Made by a program: the position numbers and the translations under genes. The notes under the pieces are model-generated. The model made no database searches. It was not told the DNA's origin and saw only the letters and a list, made by a program, of their open reading frames with translations. From assembly GCA_002633005.1 (NCBI GenBank), contig NMRA01000347.1, forward strand, positions 1 to 64,000: 64,000 nucleotides of DNA, read 5' to 3'. The DNA comes from Phoronis australis (Eukaryota > Animalia > Phoronida). This document shows positions 40,301 through 55,300 of the stretch, piece after piece (positions within the stretch are counted from its first letter, which is position 1; every line of letters starts with the position of its first letter).

Positions 40301-43300
40301 TGTGCTGAAATTTGGCTACAAGGTTTCCAGCGGCCATTACGTGGCTAGTCAGTTTTCCGTGGTGTGGCGTATGGGGAAACATGGTGTCCGATATTTAGGT
40401 TCTCCGAAGGTTTGCTAGTTGTGTTTTTTTAAAGATCATTCGGAACATAAATGTGGCTTTCGGTGAAAAGATATAGTAACAGTTCAGTTCTGTAAAGGTA
40501 AGTCTTTACTTCAGCTAAGAATTTACAACAATCCTAGTATTTTCAATTAAATATAATGCTATATGGGCCAAAACGTCCGATAATTAGGTCACTTGACTGT
40601 ATATAACATGAAATGATGGTTGTGGAGACAGTCCTTTACCAACAATGTTATTTTCCTCCTCTCTTTGTTGCCAGATTCATACACTGAAATGCAATCAAGC
40701 CTGTATTTGTTACTTCCAAATATTTGTCCAGACATAGCTCTGATATTTCCTTTTCTTTCCTGGCTGATATTTTCTAAATTATCTGCCTGAGCTTCATGGA
40801 AAAAAACTCGCAACAGCTCCATCTAGTGTTTGGTAGTAGCTCCATCTAGTGTTTTATAATAGCTCCATCTAGTGTTTGGTGGTAGCTCCATCTAGTGTTT
40901 GGGGGTAGCTCCACGTAGTGTTTGGTGAGATGTATTCCCAGCCATGTTCCTGGTTGAACTCCATGTTAGCCTCTCGCTGACCCTGCGTGCTTAGCCCAGC
41001 CACCACACAGGTATCACGCAGTGGTACGTGCTTTAGCATTGCTCGATGTAACCTCGGCAGTCATTGGTTAGCTTTACAACACCGTGAAAAAATGGCTGAT
41101 TGTGAACGATTTTAGCCTTGTGATGCAAGTGGCGTCGCAGCAACTATTTAGTTTCTGCAGTGATGTTTAATAGCCGCGTGCCTGAAGCACATACATGTAC
41201 AATAAACACATATCTGGCTGATTTAACCGGTGTGTTATTCTTACTGTATGAATACAGGACACTATCATAAACAAAAGTCATCGACAGTAGAAAGATGCAT
41301 TCCGAAAAGACGCAATCACAATTTCTAGGCTTCACATTTCCTGAACATAAATTTTAAGAACCGATTTGTCTGTACAGCAGATCACACTTACACTGCAGTC
41401 CATTAGTCAGGCCAGTTTGTTTGCATAAAGCGCTGCCTGTTGAGAATTCGACTAGCCAATCAGAAACGCCGGTGTAAAAAAAATTACCGAGGAAAATTAA
41501 GTGATACCTGCGTGTTGGCGTAGCTAAAGCCCCACCTAGAGGCACGCAGGGAACTAGCGAGTGGTAGCCTATCAATATTTCAAAGCATAATGTTAAATTT
41601 TAGTGATTTGTCAATGCTTCCCAAGCTCGTAAAGTTAGACTTCAAGTAAATTGAAAAGGAGCAAGTCGAGATCTATTTTTAGAAGTATGTAGTATGATAA
41701 AAAATAATGTTTTTTACCTGAAAATTGCTGAAATTGATGGTACATTTGGGAACTGATGACAAAATGTGCCATTAACAGTTTGGTTATGTTAAAGAACAGG
41801 AGCACCATCTGGTGGTTTGAACTGTTTGAACTTGTGTGACTCGTGCAATGCAATTAGGTGAGGCGTGGTGAACAGTCTTCATCATAGGTTCATGCGCTGG
41901 TTTTCATGTTCATGGAGTCTGATTTGAAGATTAAAAGCCTAGTATAATCTTGAAGGGTAGCACCTGTAAATTCAGTTCCTGTAGTATGTTAAGAGCATCG
42001 CTCTGAACTCACCCAGACCCTCAGTAGTTACCGTAATCGTTCGGGTTAACGCCCTGGGCGGTTAAATTGGCGAACCCAAAAAATCGGGGGTGGGCGGTTA
42101 ACCAGACATGGGCGCTTAAACGTGAACTTTCAAGAAATCGGGGGGGGGCGGTTAACTGAACATGGGCGCTTATTACGACCGGCAACCGCCCTGGGCGGTT
42201 AATCTTACCTTATGATCTGAGTCACCACACGTACTAAGCCACATACTGGGATCGCCTAACACTTTGAAAAGAACTTTATCGCCACCAAGTGCGTACTCTG
42301 CGCACTCTAATTAACAAATAGTTTCGAAAATGTAGAGTGTGGTCAAACTCCGAACGCTTGCATAGAAAGTTTGCTACATAATATGGCGCCTCAGGTGAGA
42401 CCGATTATTGCGAATTATGCTCATTATTTCACTATACTTCGCAGACGTTGAACATGTTCACCTGCGTAGCAGACGGTAGNNNNNNNNNNNNNNNNNNNNN
42501 NNNNNNNNNNNNNNNNNNNNNNNNNNNNNNNNNNNNNNNNNNNNNNNNNNNNNNNNNNNNNNNNNNNNNNNNNNNNNNNNNNNNNNNNNNNNNNNNNNNN
42601 NNNNNNNNNNNNNNNNNNNNNNNNNNNNNNNNNNNNNNNNNNNNNNNNNNNNNNNNNNNNNNNNNNNNNNNNNNNNNNNNNNNNNNNNNNNNNNNNNNNN
42701 NNNNNNNNNNNNNNNNNNNNNNNNNNNNNNNNNNNNNNNNNNNNNNNNNNNNNNNNNNNNNNNNNNNNNNNNNNNNNNNNNNNNNNNNNNNNNNNNNNNN
42801 NNNNNNNNNNNNNNNNNNNNNNNNNNNNNNNNNNNNNNNNNNNNNNNNNNNNNNNNNNNNNNNNNNNNNNNNNNNNNNNNNNNNNNNNNNNNNNNNNNNN
42901 NNNNNNNNNNNNNNNNNNNNNNNNNNNNNNNNNNNNNNNNNNNNNNNNNNNNNNNNNNNNNNNNNNNNNNNNNNNNNNNNNNNNNNNNNNNNNNNNNNNN
43001 NNNNNNNNNNNNNNNNNNNNNNNNNNNNNNCAAAAGTAGGGGATGGGCGGTTAACCGAGCAGTGGGCGGTTAATTGGAAATCTTCAAAAATAGCAGGGGG
43101 GCGGTTAACCGAGCAGTGGGCGGTTAAATCGAAATTCACCTAAAGTAGGGGGTGGGCGGTTAACTGAGCATGGGCGTTAACCCGAACGATTACGGTAAGT
43201 TACCTGGGTTAGGTAACTTAGCTAATTGTGACCTAATGCTTACCTACTGTTGGGTAAGTTACCTAAATGTTACCTTGTTAAAAACAGCTAAGACTCAAAA

Positions 43301-46300
43301 TTACCTAAATGTGACCTAAAATACTTAGAGAATATAAGTGCATCTTCTTGAAGTCACCATACCTACCAAGTTACTCAATTGACTTAACAAATTTTCAACT
43401 TTCCTAATCTAGCTGCTGTCAAAGTCAATAAGGCTAAATATTAAGTGTAATTACTTTAAAAACAACAAAAACTTCCCAGCATATTGCTTTACACGACATA
43501 AAACATCAATAAAAACCCACATGCAAATGTATGATTCGTGCAAATTAAATGTCAAATTTTACCAAATGTGCAACATTTGAAATGTCCCACCAGATGCATC
43601 GCCCAAACTCAGGTGTTTGCAATAATTGTAGCTACAGTAAAATTTCAGCAATTTCGGAAGGTAATTTCCAAAAATTACACACTTTGATTTTTCAAGGGCC
43701 TTTAGCATTGTTGTGAAGTATTATACTTATAAGTGCCATAAATTGCCCAATGTAACGAACTGTTAGGCGCATTAGCTTGGCGCTTTTATCTGCATCACCG
43801 CGAGAATCACCTTTTATCGGCCTATTGTTGTTTGTGCTGGGATCTCGCGATGATGCAACATGGCACGAAAAGGCAGCTTAACCTATCATTTGTGGGGCTT
43901 AAATTTGCATGACTGAACTTGGGTTGTCTTATTTTACTCAGGGTTTGCTAGAACTATCTGGTTTGCCCAATACATCTAAAATAAAACATTCCGTTTAAAT
44001 TAGACTTTAACACGAACTTGATCTATTGATTTTAAGGTTTGGTGAATTGTGAAAGTAATTAGAATTTGTAAATGTGGACGAGCATAAGGAGTGGTGCCAC
44101 CTAGTGGTTGAAGATTTGGTGGCGTCACAGAAAATTTGTGGCATCCAAAAGGAAATTGGTGACATCCTCATGAAGAACTGATGACTATTTAGTCAAAAAC
44201 AAAATCTTCAGTCATGTGAAATGCATAAACACAATAAAATTCTGTTGTGAAATCGATAGTTTTTCTACGTGAATCGTGACATGAACTTCCCTTTGCTCTT
44301 ATCTGAGCTGTGCAAAAAGTTATCTCTAGATTACGTGTAGCACACATTAGTTTGTGTCTGGTTTATGTCTTGTTAAGTTTTACTGTCAATCGCTAATGTG
44401 CTGCAATCAATGGCTTTTTGAGTGTTTAGAAGTGCATTATGGTTTTGATTGACTGGTGTGAAGATATAATGTGAAGTGCCACAGGGACTCCTCCACATTC
44501 AGAATATAATTTATGCTCGGAACTAAACTTTTTGTTACTGAATTGTTGACATGAAGCACATATATTTGTACAATGGGTACTGAGCAGAATTACACAAATT
44601 TATTTCAGACGACAATTCAACAGTTGTTCAGAGCTTTTTTATCAAAAATGCTTCGATTTTCTTTACATGGTTGTTTTTCTTATTGCTTTTGTTTTCGTAT
44701 GAATCTGAGTAGTCTAATGACCCTTGACTCCCCAGCTGTAGAACCATGTGACCCCATGGGGGGGTCACTCATATTGACAAGTTGCCGCAGGGGTGTACCA
44801 AAAATTGCTGAGATACCATCTGTAATTGTGGGTGCCAGGTCTTTTTATGGCCACCTCCTTTTGCGGATAGGAAGACAGCCATTACACCTTTTGTGGGGCT
44901 GAGACCAGTGCAGTGGGCCATGAAATGGATATTTAGGGGTCTATTGGTTCCCGTGCAGGTCCTGCAAAACTTATATTAAGTGCTAAAAAGTATTGCCTAC
45001 TAGCAATTTTTGGTACACCCTTCAGCCACCTTGTCAACAGGCCTTTATGCATCGTATGTCCATTTGGACGCCCTACCACTAATCTGGACGCCCTGGCAAG
45101 GACGCAAAAAATATCATTTGCATGCCCACTGTCAATAGGAACCTTTCAAGTTTGGACTCACACATTGTAATGAATACTAGGAAGCCTCTGAAGGCTCACA
45201 GTGGGGGCTCTTTTTTCAAAGCAGGAAGAAATATACAATGTATATACAAAGTATATACAATGTTGCTACACTCACACTTGGTTGATAGCATTGTAAAATC
45301 TTCTTGGTCTACAGTTTTTTAGTAAAAATGCTCACTGCAGAAGGCTGTTTTGTAAACTTAGATGTAAAAACCTTGGTCTATGCATTTTTTGTAAAAAAAT
45401 CTGTGTTTGGGGGGATAGCTGGGGGTGGGGGGTTACGCGTCGGAATCATGGATGCCCAGGAATATTGGGAACCCCGTTTTGGACACCCTATTTTCGAAAT
45501 CCTGGATAAAGGACTTCTTGTCAATATGAGTGACCCCCCTGAGAATGTGACCTTCAGGTACCACCTTATTTGTAAGCTTGGTCTGCTAGCATGTAATTTC
45601 ATACTTTAGACTTAAAGTATGGCAAAACAACACAGCACTGTGGTGATGGATTAAGCCCCAAAAATTGCCAGGCTGGTCTCCGTTTTTCTTATGAAAAATA
45701 AGTTTGTGATCCAGTATTTTTTTAATGTATCACTTTTCAAAAACGAAAATCACCCTGGGACTGGCAAAAATAAAAATGATATATTTTTGTTTTTATTTTG
45801 TTCACCATTTGACAAATCATAACACTTCAAACCTGGCTTACCTGGGATTTCTGAAAAAGTCCCTACCAGTATAATGCCCTTGTGGTGGTCCTTTTGGCTA
45901 CAAAAACCGAAACAGCAGCCATGGGACCTTTTTGCATTTCAGGCACAGCACAATCTGCTCTCAGTCAAAATCAAATTGTCAGTGCAAACTTTGTCATGTC
46001 ATCTTTTTGTGACTAACCATGATGCAGTGCGCGCGTTTTTGTGACGGGAGCTCTTAGTTCACACTTGACCCTACAGTGCACATTCTGAGTCAAATTGGAA
46101 AAATGCAATTTAATAAGAGCTACTCACTTTACAGATGAAATATCTTCAAGTGGTATTGTACTGAACATTAATATCCATCCTCATATTGTACTTGAAGGTC
46201 ACTTATTGTCCAGTCCTAAGGGACCTTGGGGGCATTAGGTTGTCTCAAACATTTAATTACCTCCATCATGGCAAACACAGAAAATTAAAGTACAAAATTT

Positions 46301-49300
46301 TTGGTTTCTTGTGTGTCCACGTGAATGATTGCTAATGCTTCACTCCAAGAGGGCAAAATATATTCAAGCATGTCGAGTTTATGCATGGAATTTTTGTTTG
46401 CAATTTTAATTTATCCTTTAATCCATGTTTGTTGGAATTTTCAAAACCTTACAAAATGTATTTTTAGGATTTATGGAGGTGTGATTCTACTTGATTTTTT
46501 TGTTAAATTGTCTGTGGAAATGGTATCTGGCTGTAGAAGAAACGAAAATTCTTAAATTTGCTCTATGGAGGAGCGGGTATGGCTGAAAAAGGATGGTTTG
46601 TGGACTTAAAAAACTCGAATATTATGGGCAATCCCTCACTATTCTTTTCTTTAATTGTTGTGGTATTACTTTCTCACTGGGATGTATGTTGAGGTTTTTT
46701 TACCTCCATGTTCAATTATTGGGTATTGTACTAGCAGTGGTAAAATTGCATGCTTTGCTTTTAATTTTGCAAATTAGCTTTTCGTTTTTGTGTTCGCTGT
46801 TTTGTTTCACGTCACATCTGAAGGTGGCTTTGCTGCTTGCCTCGGGACTAATTGAACTACAGCATATCTCTTTGGCCTCTTGTGAATTCGCCAACATTAA
46901 TTTAACTGTATTTTAGTAGTTTTTTTTTTCAAAAATTACAAAATGTCTTTTTATTAAAGAGCCTTGAAAAATCTGGGATAAGAATATTGGGATTATGATT
47001 AATATCTTATAAAATTTCCATACCCCCGTTCAAAGCTCGTTCTAAATTTAGCATGTCATTACATTTCTGTAGTAGACGTAAATTTTTGGGAATAGTCAAA
47101 AACATTTCTTCTGGTTTGCTTCACTTGACATCGTCGATCAGATTTTGTCTTTTTATTATCATGATACAATTGCTTTTCTTCCTGATTAATGTTTCTAAAG
47201 TGCTGGCTTAAAATAGCCTTAAACACAACTTGTTGAAACAAAAAAGAAAATTAATTTCTTATCTGAGATTGCATGTTGCTATTTCATTAGTTTCACTGTC
47301 AGTGAAACACTTGTCTAACTTACATTGTTTCGAGGCAATTGAGGTTCCTCAATATGCATGTCAAACTTTTGTCTCATCCAGTTCCTCGTTTCCCCCACAG
47401 CAAAGCTGACAACTTAACACAGTACAGGTGTCAGGATGGTCTGTACAGTGAAGAGACCAAAGAACTATTCAGACAGAACCAAACCATTAACTGGTGAGTT
47501 TCTTTTGCTGACATCAGCAGTTTTACCGGTTGGGATCCCTAATAGATTGTGCCTTAGTTAATCAGAGACTTTTGGCGGTATTATTTTACCTAATGCGTTA
47601 TCATACTTTATTGCCTCTTTTCTCAGTCTTGTTTAGTTTACTGCAAAGTTTCTTCAAATTGAACACAATGTGGCAGAAATGTAAAATTTTATTTTATCAC
47701 AATTTTCGACAAGAGTAAACAAGAAGTTAATTTTACTTTATGGCTGTTATCAACAAACATACAGTTATTTCGAACATTTTTGGCAATATATTGAGTGTTT
47801 GAAAAAAGAAAAATGACAACTTTCGCCATTGCTTTTGTTTGAATTTGAGGAAACTTTACCTTACTCAGAGATGCTGAGTGCATTTTATTGGTGAGCTTCT
47901 TTTGATGATTGATTTCAGCCAGCTCAGGTGTCATGATCCTTGTTCCAAATTAGGGAAACGGACAACGGTTCTCGATTTTGCACCATAGAACTACGTCGCA
48001 ATAGCGTTGTCACGGTTGTCGACTGTACTTCAATCTCGGGTCTGTTTTATGGACAAACAAATCCTTCTATTAACTGATCAATGTAATCTCCTTTAAGCAG
48101 TTGGAAATAATACTTTTGGTCCTGAGGTCATGAAACATTTGTTATACTGATTCCCACTATCATGTACAATGTACAGATGAAACTTCGGAGCTTCTAGTTG
48201 AAGGCAGTATTATGTTCTTGTTGTTTTTGGTCATTTGGCATTTAACTTCACCATGAATTTTCTCTCATAAGCTGTCTGTCAATCATGGCTATAAGTTCCT
48301 AGATTGTTTAGTCTACCAAACCATCCAGGTACTCTCTAGCATATGTTTATCACAGGTGTTGTTAATCGTGGCGGGATGAGTTGACTTCATTTACTCATAA
48401 GCCAGTTTTTCTAAGCACCACCTTTCTGCTATGAAAACACGTCTGTTGGTTTTGACATTTCAAGAATTTCTGGGTATAGGTAGATTACATAGTCTGTGTT
48501 ACAGCATTGATTTTGTTTGGGAATCTTAGCTTCAACAGTGCTCTCCTCTGTTATTTCTGAAGGAGCTTGAAATTACAGAAGATGCATAAGATATTTACAG
48601 TAAATCTCCACTTATCTCGCACAGAGTGCCCGGAGTATTGTCTTTTTCAGTTTTCAACTGTCAATTTACAACAATGGGAACATTACCAATAAAACGTGGT
48701 TCATGATATCCAGACACTGCACAGACTGAGAACAGACTGAAATTCCATAGCAGTTACTCTGCTGGAGAAATTTAATAATTAGATTTATTGTATTTTCAAA
48801 TGATCACTGAATCTCAATGGTTTCAGGAATTTTTTAACACACCTCCTTAACATAGGGAGAGCACAATTTCTCAATCTGGTGAGCAAAGCGAGACAAGTTG
48901 ACAGATATGAAACCCAATTTCTTTTGTGAGCGGACATTTTGAGACTCGACTGTTGTTGCATGAATTATTTGACCTCCTCATCTTCGCAGCGATGACAATT
49001 TAAGGATGTGATGGTCACAAAGAATTTTTGAAAAATGTAGAGTAGCCCACTGCTTAAAGCCACTGCAAAAATGCTATACGCTGTCTACCAACCAACCTAT
49101 CGCCATCTAGTGGCAGAAGACTCCTAAATACAAAGGGACTCAGAAAACGACCAATAAACCTCTGGATTGTATAGTTTGTGAATGGTCCTCAGCACTTTTC
49201 ATGCCAAGCAAATTTTTCAAAGTACATTATACAGTGTGACACTAAAACAATGCAATGGTAAGCTATCATCATACACTGATTGGTCAGGTGACAGTGTATT

Positions 49301-52300
49301 GCAGATGTGGTGTTCATGAAAACCTTTGAGCGGATACATGTAGTTTGGTGTGCACTGAATGGTGGTAGAAATCTTAGAACCAGTGTGCTGAAGGAGGTGT
49401 GTACTTTCTCAAAGTTTTCTGTTTTACTGCATTCTGTTTATTTTTTGTTATTTATTTTCTTTGTGTTGCATTTGATTTGTTGGAATATTTTAGGGTACCA
49501 AATTACAGGACATAAGATTACTGTGTTATCAGTTTTGTTGCACCTACTATAATCATAATTATGATAATAATAGTAGTAATAATAATGATAATAATAATAA
49601 TAATAATAATAAGTAATATTATTTTCTAGTAATGGTTTGCTTTCATGCGATTACAAAAGTATCATTTTCTGACTTTCCAGGAATCTCATTGGTTGGGTGG
49701 AGCGAGATTTTGGTCTATGGGCGATACAAGTCACGGTGGCGGTGATCAGCCTACTGGAGACCCTGCTGTTGACATACCTGGGGTATAAGGTAGACTGGGC
49801 GTCCTAGCGGGGGGTAGAACAACATTCAGTGAAAGGATGTAGATACAGTTGTCTCGATAGTCTCGTAAATTCAGTGTTCTCCACAATACCAAGTCCAAAC
49901 TCAATGCGAATATCCAGAGGAGCTCAATATCACTAGTCAACACTGTCTTTTCTCTAGCTCTAACATCTTCACCGGAGGTATTATATTGTTCCTAAAATGT
50001 GATGTTGGTAAGATCAGGCTCTGCTTTGATGCTGAATGCTGAAGTGCCAACACAGCCAAAGTTTAAAACCTGACAAGGCAAATTTCAAACGACGCGCTTT
50101 CCCTGAACTCCTCGCGGCAAAATCCAAACTCGTTACCGCGATGAGTCAAACAAGGCTGTGGAGAACACTGAAATGATATTATGATGTCTAATTCTGATTG
50201 CCTGAAGTGTAAATACGACAGGTCAGCAGGTCCTGAAGTTATACGCAAAGATATTGCAGGTGTTTAAGACTTTGAAATCAATTGGACAAGCTCTGACTCA
50301 CAGCTGATTGGCTGGTGTTGATATTGAATTGTCCCAGGTGGATGGTGTGTAGCTGATGAATGGATTATCTAGAATTGCATCGAGTGGCAATATTCTGTGG
50401 TCTACGGAAATAAGTTGAAAGAATTACAGAGAAGTTTCCTCAAATTAGACAAAAATAATTGCTAAAAATTGTAATCTTTCAATTTTAAAAAGCTTGCTAC
50501 ATTCAGTTGTTAAAGTGGTCTACATTGCATCCCGTGTTTTGTGTTACTTTACAGATCTGTATAAAAACTGCACAGATAATGAACTTAAGGTTTATTTTTG
50601 TTTACTTTTGTTGGATTTTTAATAGAATAAAATGGTACGGTTCAGTACTAGCCGTTTCATATTTTAAATCGAAGAAACTTCAGTTGACCGGGTCCGCTAC
50701 CGTAGATTATACGACCCATTCCACTTGACCCTGTGTTCAATCAGTCAACAGAATAATAATGTATGACAGACTAGTTAATCTATTTCTTCTGTTTCTCAAG
50801 GGTGTTAGCTTTTATAAGAATGTTTGAGTGGACATCTGCATGAATCAGATTGTATACAAGTGAACTGCTTCCTTTGTTCTTCCAGGGTAACATCTTACAA
50901 CAGATCCTTTGTGTTGAGTTTTTGTTGGAAATCATCAATACCGTCCCGTTCATTGTGACTGTGAGTATAGCCATCTGATGGTATCCTGTAAATTAGTAAT
51001 TATTTCCCCTGTATTATACAACTCACATCAAACGTAACAGACAGTTTACACTGTTTCATCATCAGTGCTCGTAATTCCGTTCGTACCAAAATATTGTCCT
51101 CTTGGTTTTGATTTCTTCTCAATTGGTTTCCAGTTTCTTAGTTTTACGTCTCTTTTTTATCATGACTTTTACTTTATTTGTGCAGAAACGTTTGTTTCAA
51201 TTTAATTTTACAACAGAAAAAATATTTCTATCAAACGCCTTTTTATTTGTAGAATGATACCATCACCTGGAAACTTTTCTTCTTTTTTGTCATTGGTCAT
51301 TCTAAGCTCTGTATTGTAAAATGATATCTCTACTGAGGTTTATAAACTAAGTATAAAATTTAAGTAATTTATATTCTTTTAGATCCCAAATTCACAAAAA
51401 AAACGATTTTCCTTAACCTTTTGACCTTGCTTGTCAATTTCAGACGACCTAGTGTGTGTGTGTGATTCACACTGATGATATACCACCACCCACAAAATTT
51501 TAAGCCATTATCCTGTTAAGTTACACGCTCCAAGCTCAAAATGCTAGTCAAAACAGGTTGAGACCAGTTCTACAATGTTTTTGTCCTTTTTATATTATCC
51601 AATTTTCCATAGATGACTTTATGCAGCCCTTCCTATACAATGACTTCAGGAGCATTCGCTTTTACACACTCCTAGTTATCATATATGACCTGGCTGTATG
51701 CAACTTTACACACTTTCAGTTATCATACATGACCTGGCATTCCCAGTTATCATATATGACCTGGCTGTATGCGACTTTACACCTTCCCAGTTATCATATA
51801 TGACCTGGCTGTATGCGACTTTACACCTTCCCAGTTATCATATATGACCTGGCTGTATGCGACTTTACACCTTCCCAGTTATCATATATGACCTGGCTGT
51901 ATGCGAGTTTACATAATAGTCATGTACAGCACACATTTCTACACACTCTGATTAGTTGTATATTACGATGATTGCGAATGGAAAATCAGAGTGTGGACAG
52001 TATGGTGAAATTTCACCAATTTCGAACAAAAATAATTATCCACCATGCCGGGTCGGGTTCACAAGGTACCCGTGGGGTGAACAAAAAAATGTTGAGAAGG
52101 ACCCCCTATTGCGGGTGCCAGGTCTGCTAAATTTAACGCCTTTTTGCGGGGTAAACTCTTCTGCCTCTCTCCCTTTTGCGGGGCTTAGGCCAATGCAGTG
52201 ATGAAATGGAAATTTAGCGGCTTATTGGACCCTGTGCAAGTCCTTCAAAACTTGCTGAACAAGTACTGCCTACCAGGAGTTTTTGGTACAAGCTTGCAGG

Positions 52301-55300
52301 CACCTTGTCAATATGAGTGACCCCCCCGGATCCACCATATAGTGTTCTAAATTAATGAGATAATACTGCAATCAACAGGCGGCGTATGTGAAAATTCTGA
52401 ATGCATGAACAGGGCTAAGATTATCAAGTTGACTGTGTTACAGAAAGTGGATTCTAAAGCAACTTTAAATGATAAATGATACCTTCTGCTTTTTTCAGAT
52501 ATTCGATGAGAAGCTTAGAAACTTATTCGTTCCAGTTTTCTTCAACTGTTGGCTCGCAAAGAGTGCACTGGAAAATGTCTTTGTAAGTTGTCAACCATGT
52601 AACCATGGTGATGTGTGATGCTTGTGATGTAATGGCAGACGTAACAGGGTTGTTAGTATTCCGTTAGCTTACTTCATGTGGATTAATTGCCATGAATCAA
52701 ATAAAATGTCGAACCAAATTTTCTTTTTAATCAGTTTTGTGTGCCTATTTTTTTAACACATTTACGCGTCATTTCCAGTGCTTAAGGCCTTGTTCCTGAT
52801 TCACTGAACAATAAGCTATGTCTGTCCAGTTTTGTACAATCATACTTGTTGGCATAACTTAGGTGTAACAAGTTAATAGACTGCTTGTCCACAATACTGA
52901 CATATCAGTGTAGTGTATTACTTATGTTGATTTTGTAAAAAATACTGACATATCGTCTGACTCATTGTTACTATGAACATAATACTGACAGTCTAGAAGT
53001 GGTAACATAATATGTCAGTTATGATCATAGTGTAATATATTATGATGTTAATCATGAATATAATACTGACATATTATTTGTGCGATATATTACACAATAA
53101 TACTGGTACAACATGAAATAATTTAATTAATCTTGTTTTCACAGTATGACCTCCACAGGGTGATGCAGAAGTCTCAGTCTGCACTATCACAACAGTTGAC
53201 CATGATGTGCGCTACTCTTGTCTGTCTCTGTTTCACAAGGTAGGTCATGAAAATAAAAAGCCACTTTTACACGAGAGTCAGTTGTCACCGTGCCAGTTGT
53301 CACGGTGACAACTTGGTCCACTTAAGTGGCATTTATACGACATTAGATCCAAATATGGGTCAGCATTAGTCACCTACATGAAGACTGTCTGCACATGCTC
53401 GCATTAACAATAGCGAATGCCTAAACCACGTCAAATGCCTAGTGATCACCCGAATATATGCTATTGGGCAAGCGCATTGAAAGATGATTCCTTTACGCCC
53501 TGCCCAGTTGTATTTAGACGTGTAGTTGAGTCTGGAGCAACAGATTGACTTCAACTCGCTCAACCCATTAAAAGTGGTGTCAAAAGTTGACTACCACAAT
53601 GTCACTAGTTCTGTGTCAGTCGTGTTTTCACACACGTTTGCACCTGATCAGCTGTTCCATGTTAACCGCACCCACCGCGGTGTCAGCTGTCTCAAGTGAA
53701 AATGCTGCTTAAGTCTTAACATTCAGAGAATCCAATGACTTCGTATTGATGCTCATCAATTAATAAAACTGCTCTTTGCTATTTGACAAGAATAGACATG
53801 AAGCCTGGATGATTTAATGTATTATTCATGTTCAGGTATGTTTAAACGAACTCCCTTTTGTTATTGTGACCCTCTTAAAACCCTGAACTATCTTCATCTA
53901 GTTTCAGTGAACTACCAATAATCGTTAATTCTAAAGTTGTAGTCAGCTATTCATGAGCAGTCTTTGTCAAAGTTGAATTTGTCATTGTAGCCATTGTGAG
54001 GTCCTTCACTGTTGCTTAATAAACCTTTAGAAGACATGCCATAATTCTTCATTGATGCACGCAAGTGAATTAAGCATATTTTCTGATAGTCCCCATATGC
54101 TCTGTAGAATGATTATGCAGACTTTGTAGTTGATGAGTGTGTGAAATGAACTGTGGTGGTCAACAAAGCATCGTCCACTGCTTGTGTGTGAAGTTACTGA
54201 AGGGCAGCCTGCGGGTTGCCATGGTGATTCAATGAATTGTAATTAAGTTACCGTTCCAATAAAACGGTACTTTACACTTACCCAGGTCACCCCTTTCATC
54301 ACATTAAACAGCACCCTTAGATATCCCTATAAATGGGTTAATTAAACAGTTAATATACAATGTTCAGACCATAGCATCGTTAAAATGGAGTGTATTACTA
54401 GTCCAAGAATGAATGAAAAATCTTTGAATTGATGTTTTCCAATTAAAGTGCAAGACTGGCTGCGAATTAGGCGAGGCAAGGAATTCCCACCGAGCAGCAT
54501 TGCATGTAATATGTGAAGGACAAAATGTTTGTTTTCAAAATAATTTCCGTGTGTGAAATCGGGCAAGTGTACCAAAGAAGTGGAGAATTACTGTAATTCT
54601 CCTCATCCGGAAAGCATGGGATTTGACAATTGTGCTCTCAAGATTATCCAGTGTTTAGGAGACATTCGTGAAACAGTCTGAAAAAAGGAATCCAATGCAA
54701 AGGTGCAATGACTGAGCTTCTTTTGTTCAGCATGGGAAAGGTCTCCAGTTTGAGGTGGTCTCTAAATTTTGGCACCGAAATGCATCTGGATATTGAATTT
54801 CTTTCATTCTCATGAATGTTTGTCGGTGACTTAGTGAATGATTCAGCCTATAGCACGCTGTTGTTTTACAGACTGCTACTACTGTTAAGATATTGCCTGT
54901 TTGGTAGCGATGATAGAACAAACAAACAATAGCGTTGAAAGATATTGCTTCATGCTATGAACATTCCCACTAAATAAAATTGGTTCTAACCCCGGTGTTT
55001 AAGATAACAGGCGGGGTATGGAAAATTGAACTAGACCGTATTTATCCACCTTGGCTGAGACGCGCTCGGCTCATGCTCAAAGGGATCCCGCTTAGCTGCT
55101 CTATTCATCGAGTCACGAGCGAGGATAATTGACTTCGCTCATGCGGATATGATCAGCTGATTACAGTCTAGCCTAACAACTGTACTTTTTATGGAGAGAA
55201 TTTTACGTAGTTTTTACTGTAATATTTGAAAAGAGGAGCGAAAACAAATACGAATACAACTTTGAATTTTTCAAATCGGCCCAGGATAAGAGATTTTGCA

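Noticed and set aside
33896-43143. Long ORFs 33896-34378 and 42432-43143 as transposases
   Set aside because: They consist mostly of X from N gaps; no DDE/D motif is visible and the elements look too short to be autonomous.
51674-51913. 44-bp repeats as a CRISPR array
   Set aside because: Head-to-tail units without unique spacers, no cas genes, and located in a eukaryotic intron.
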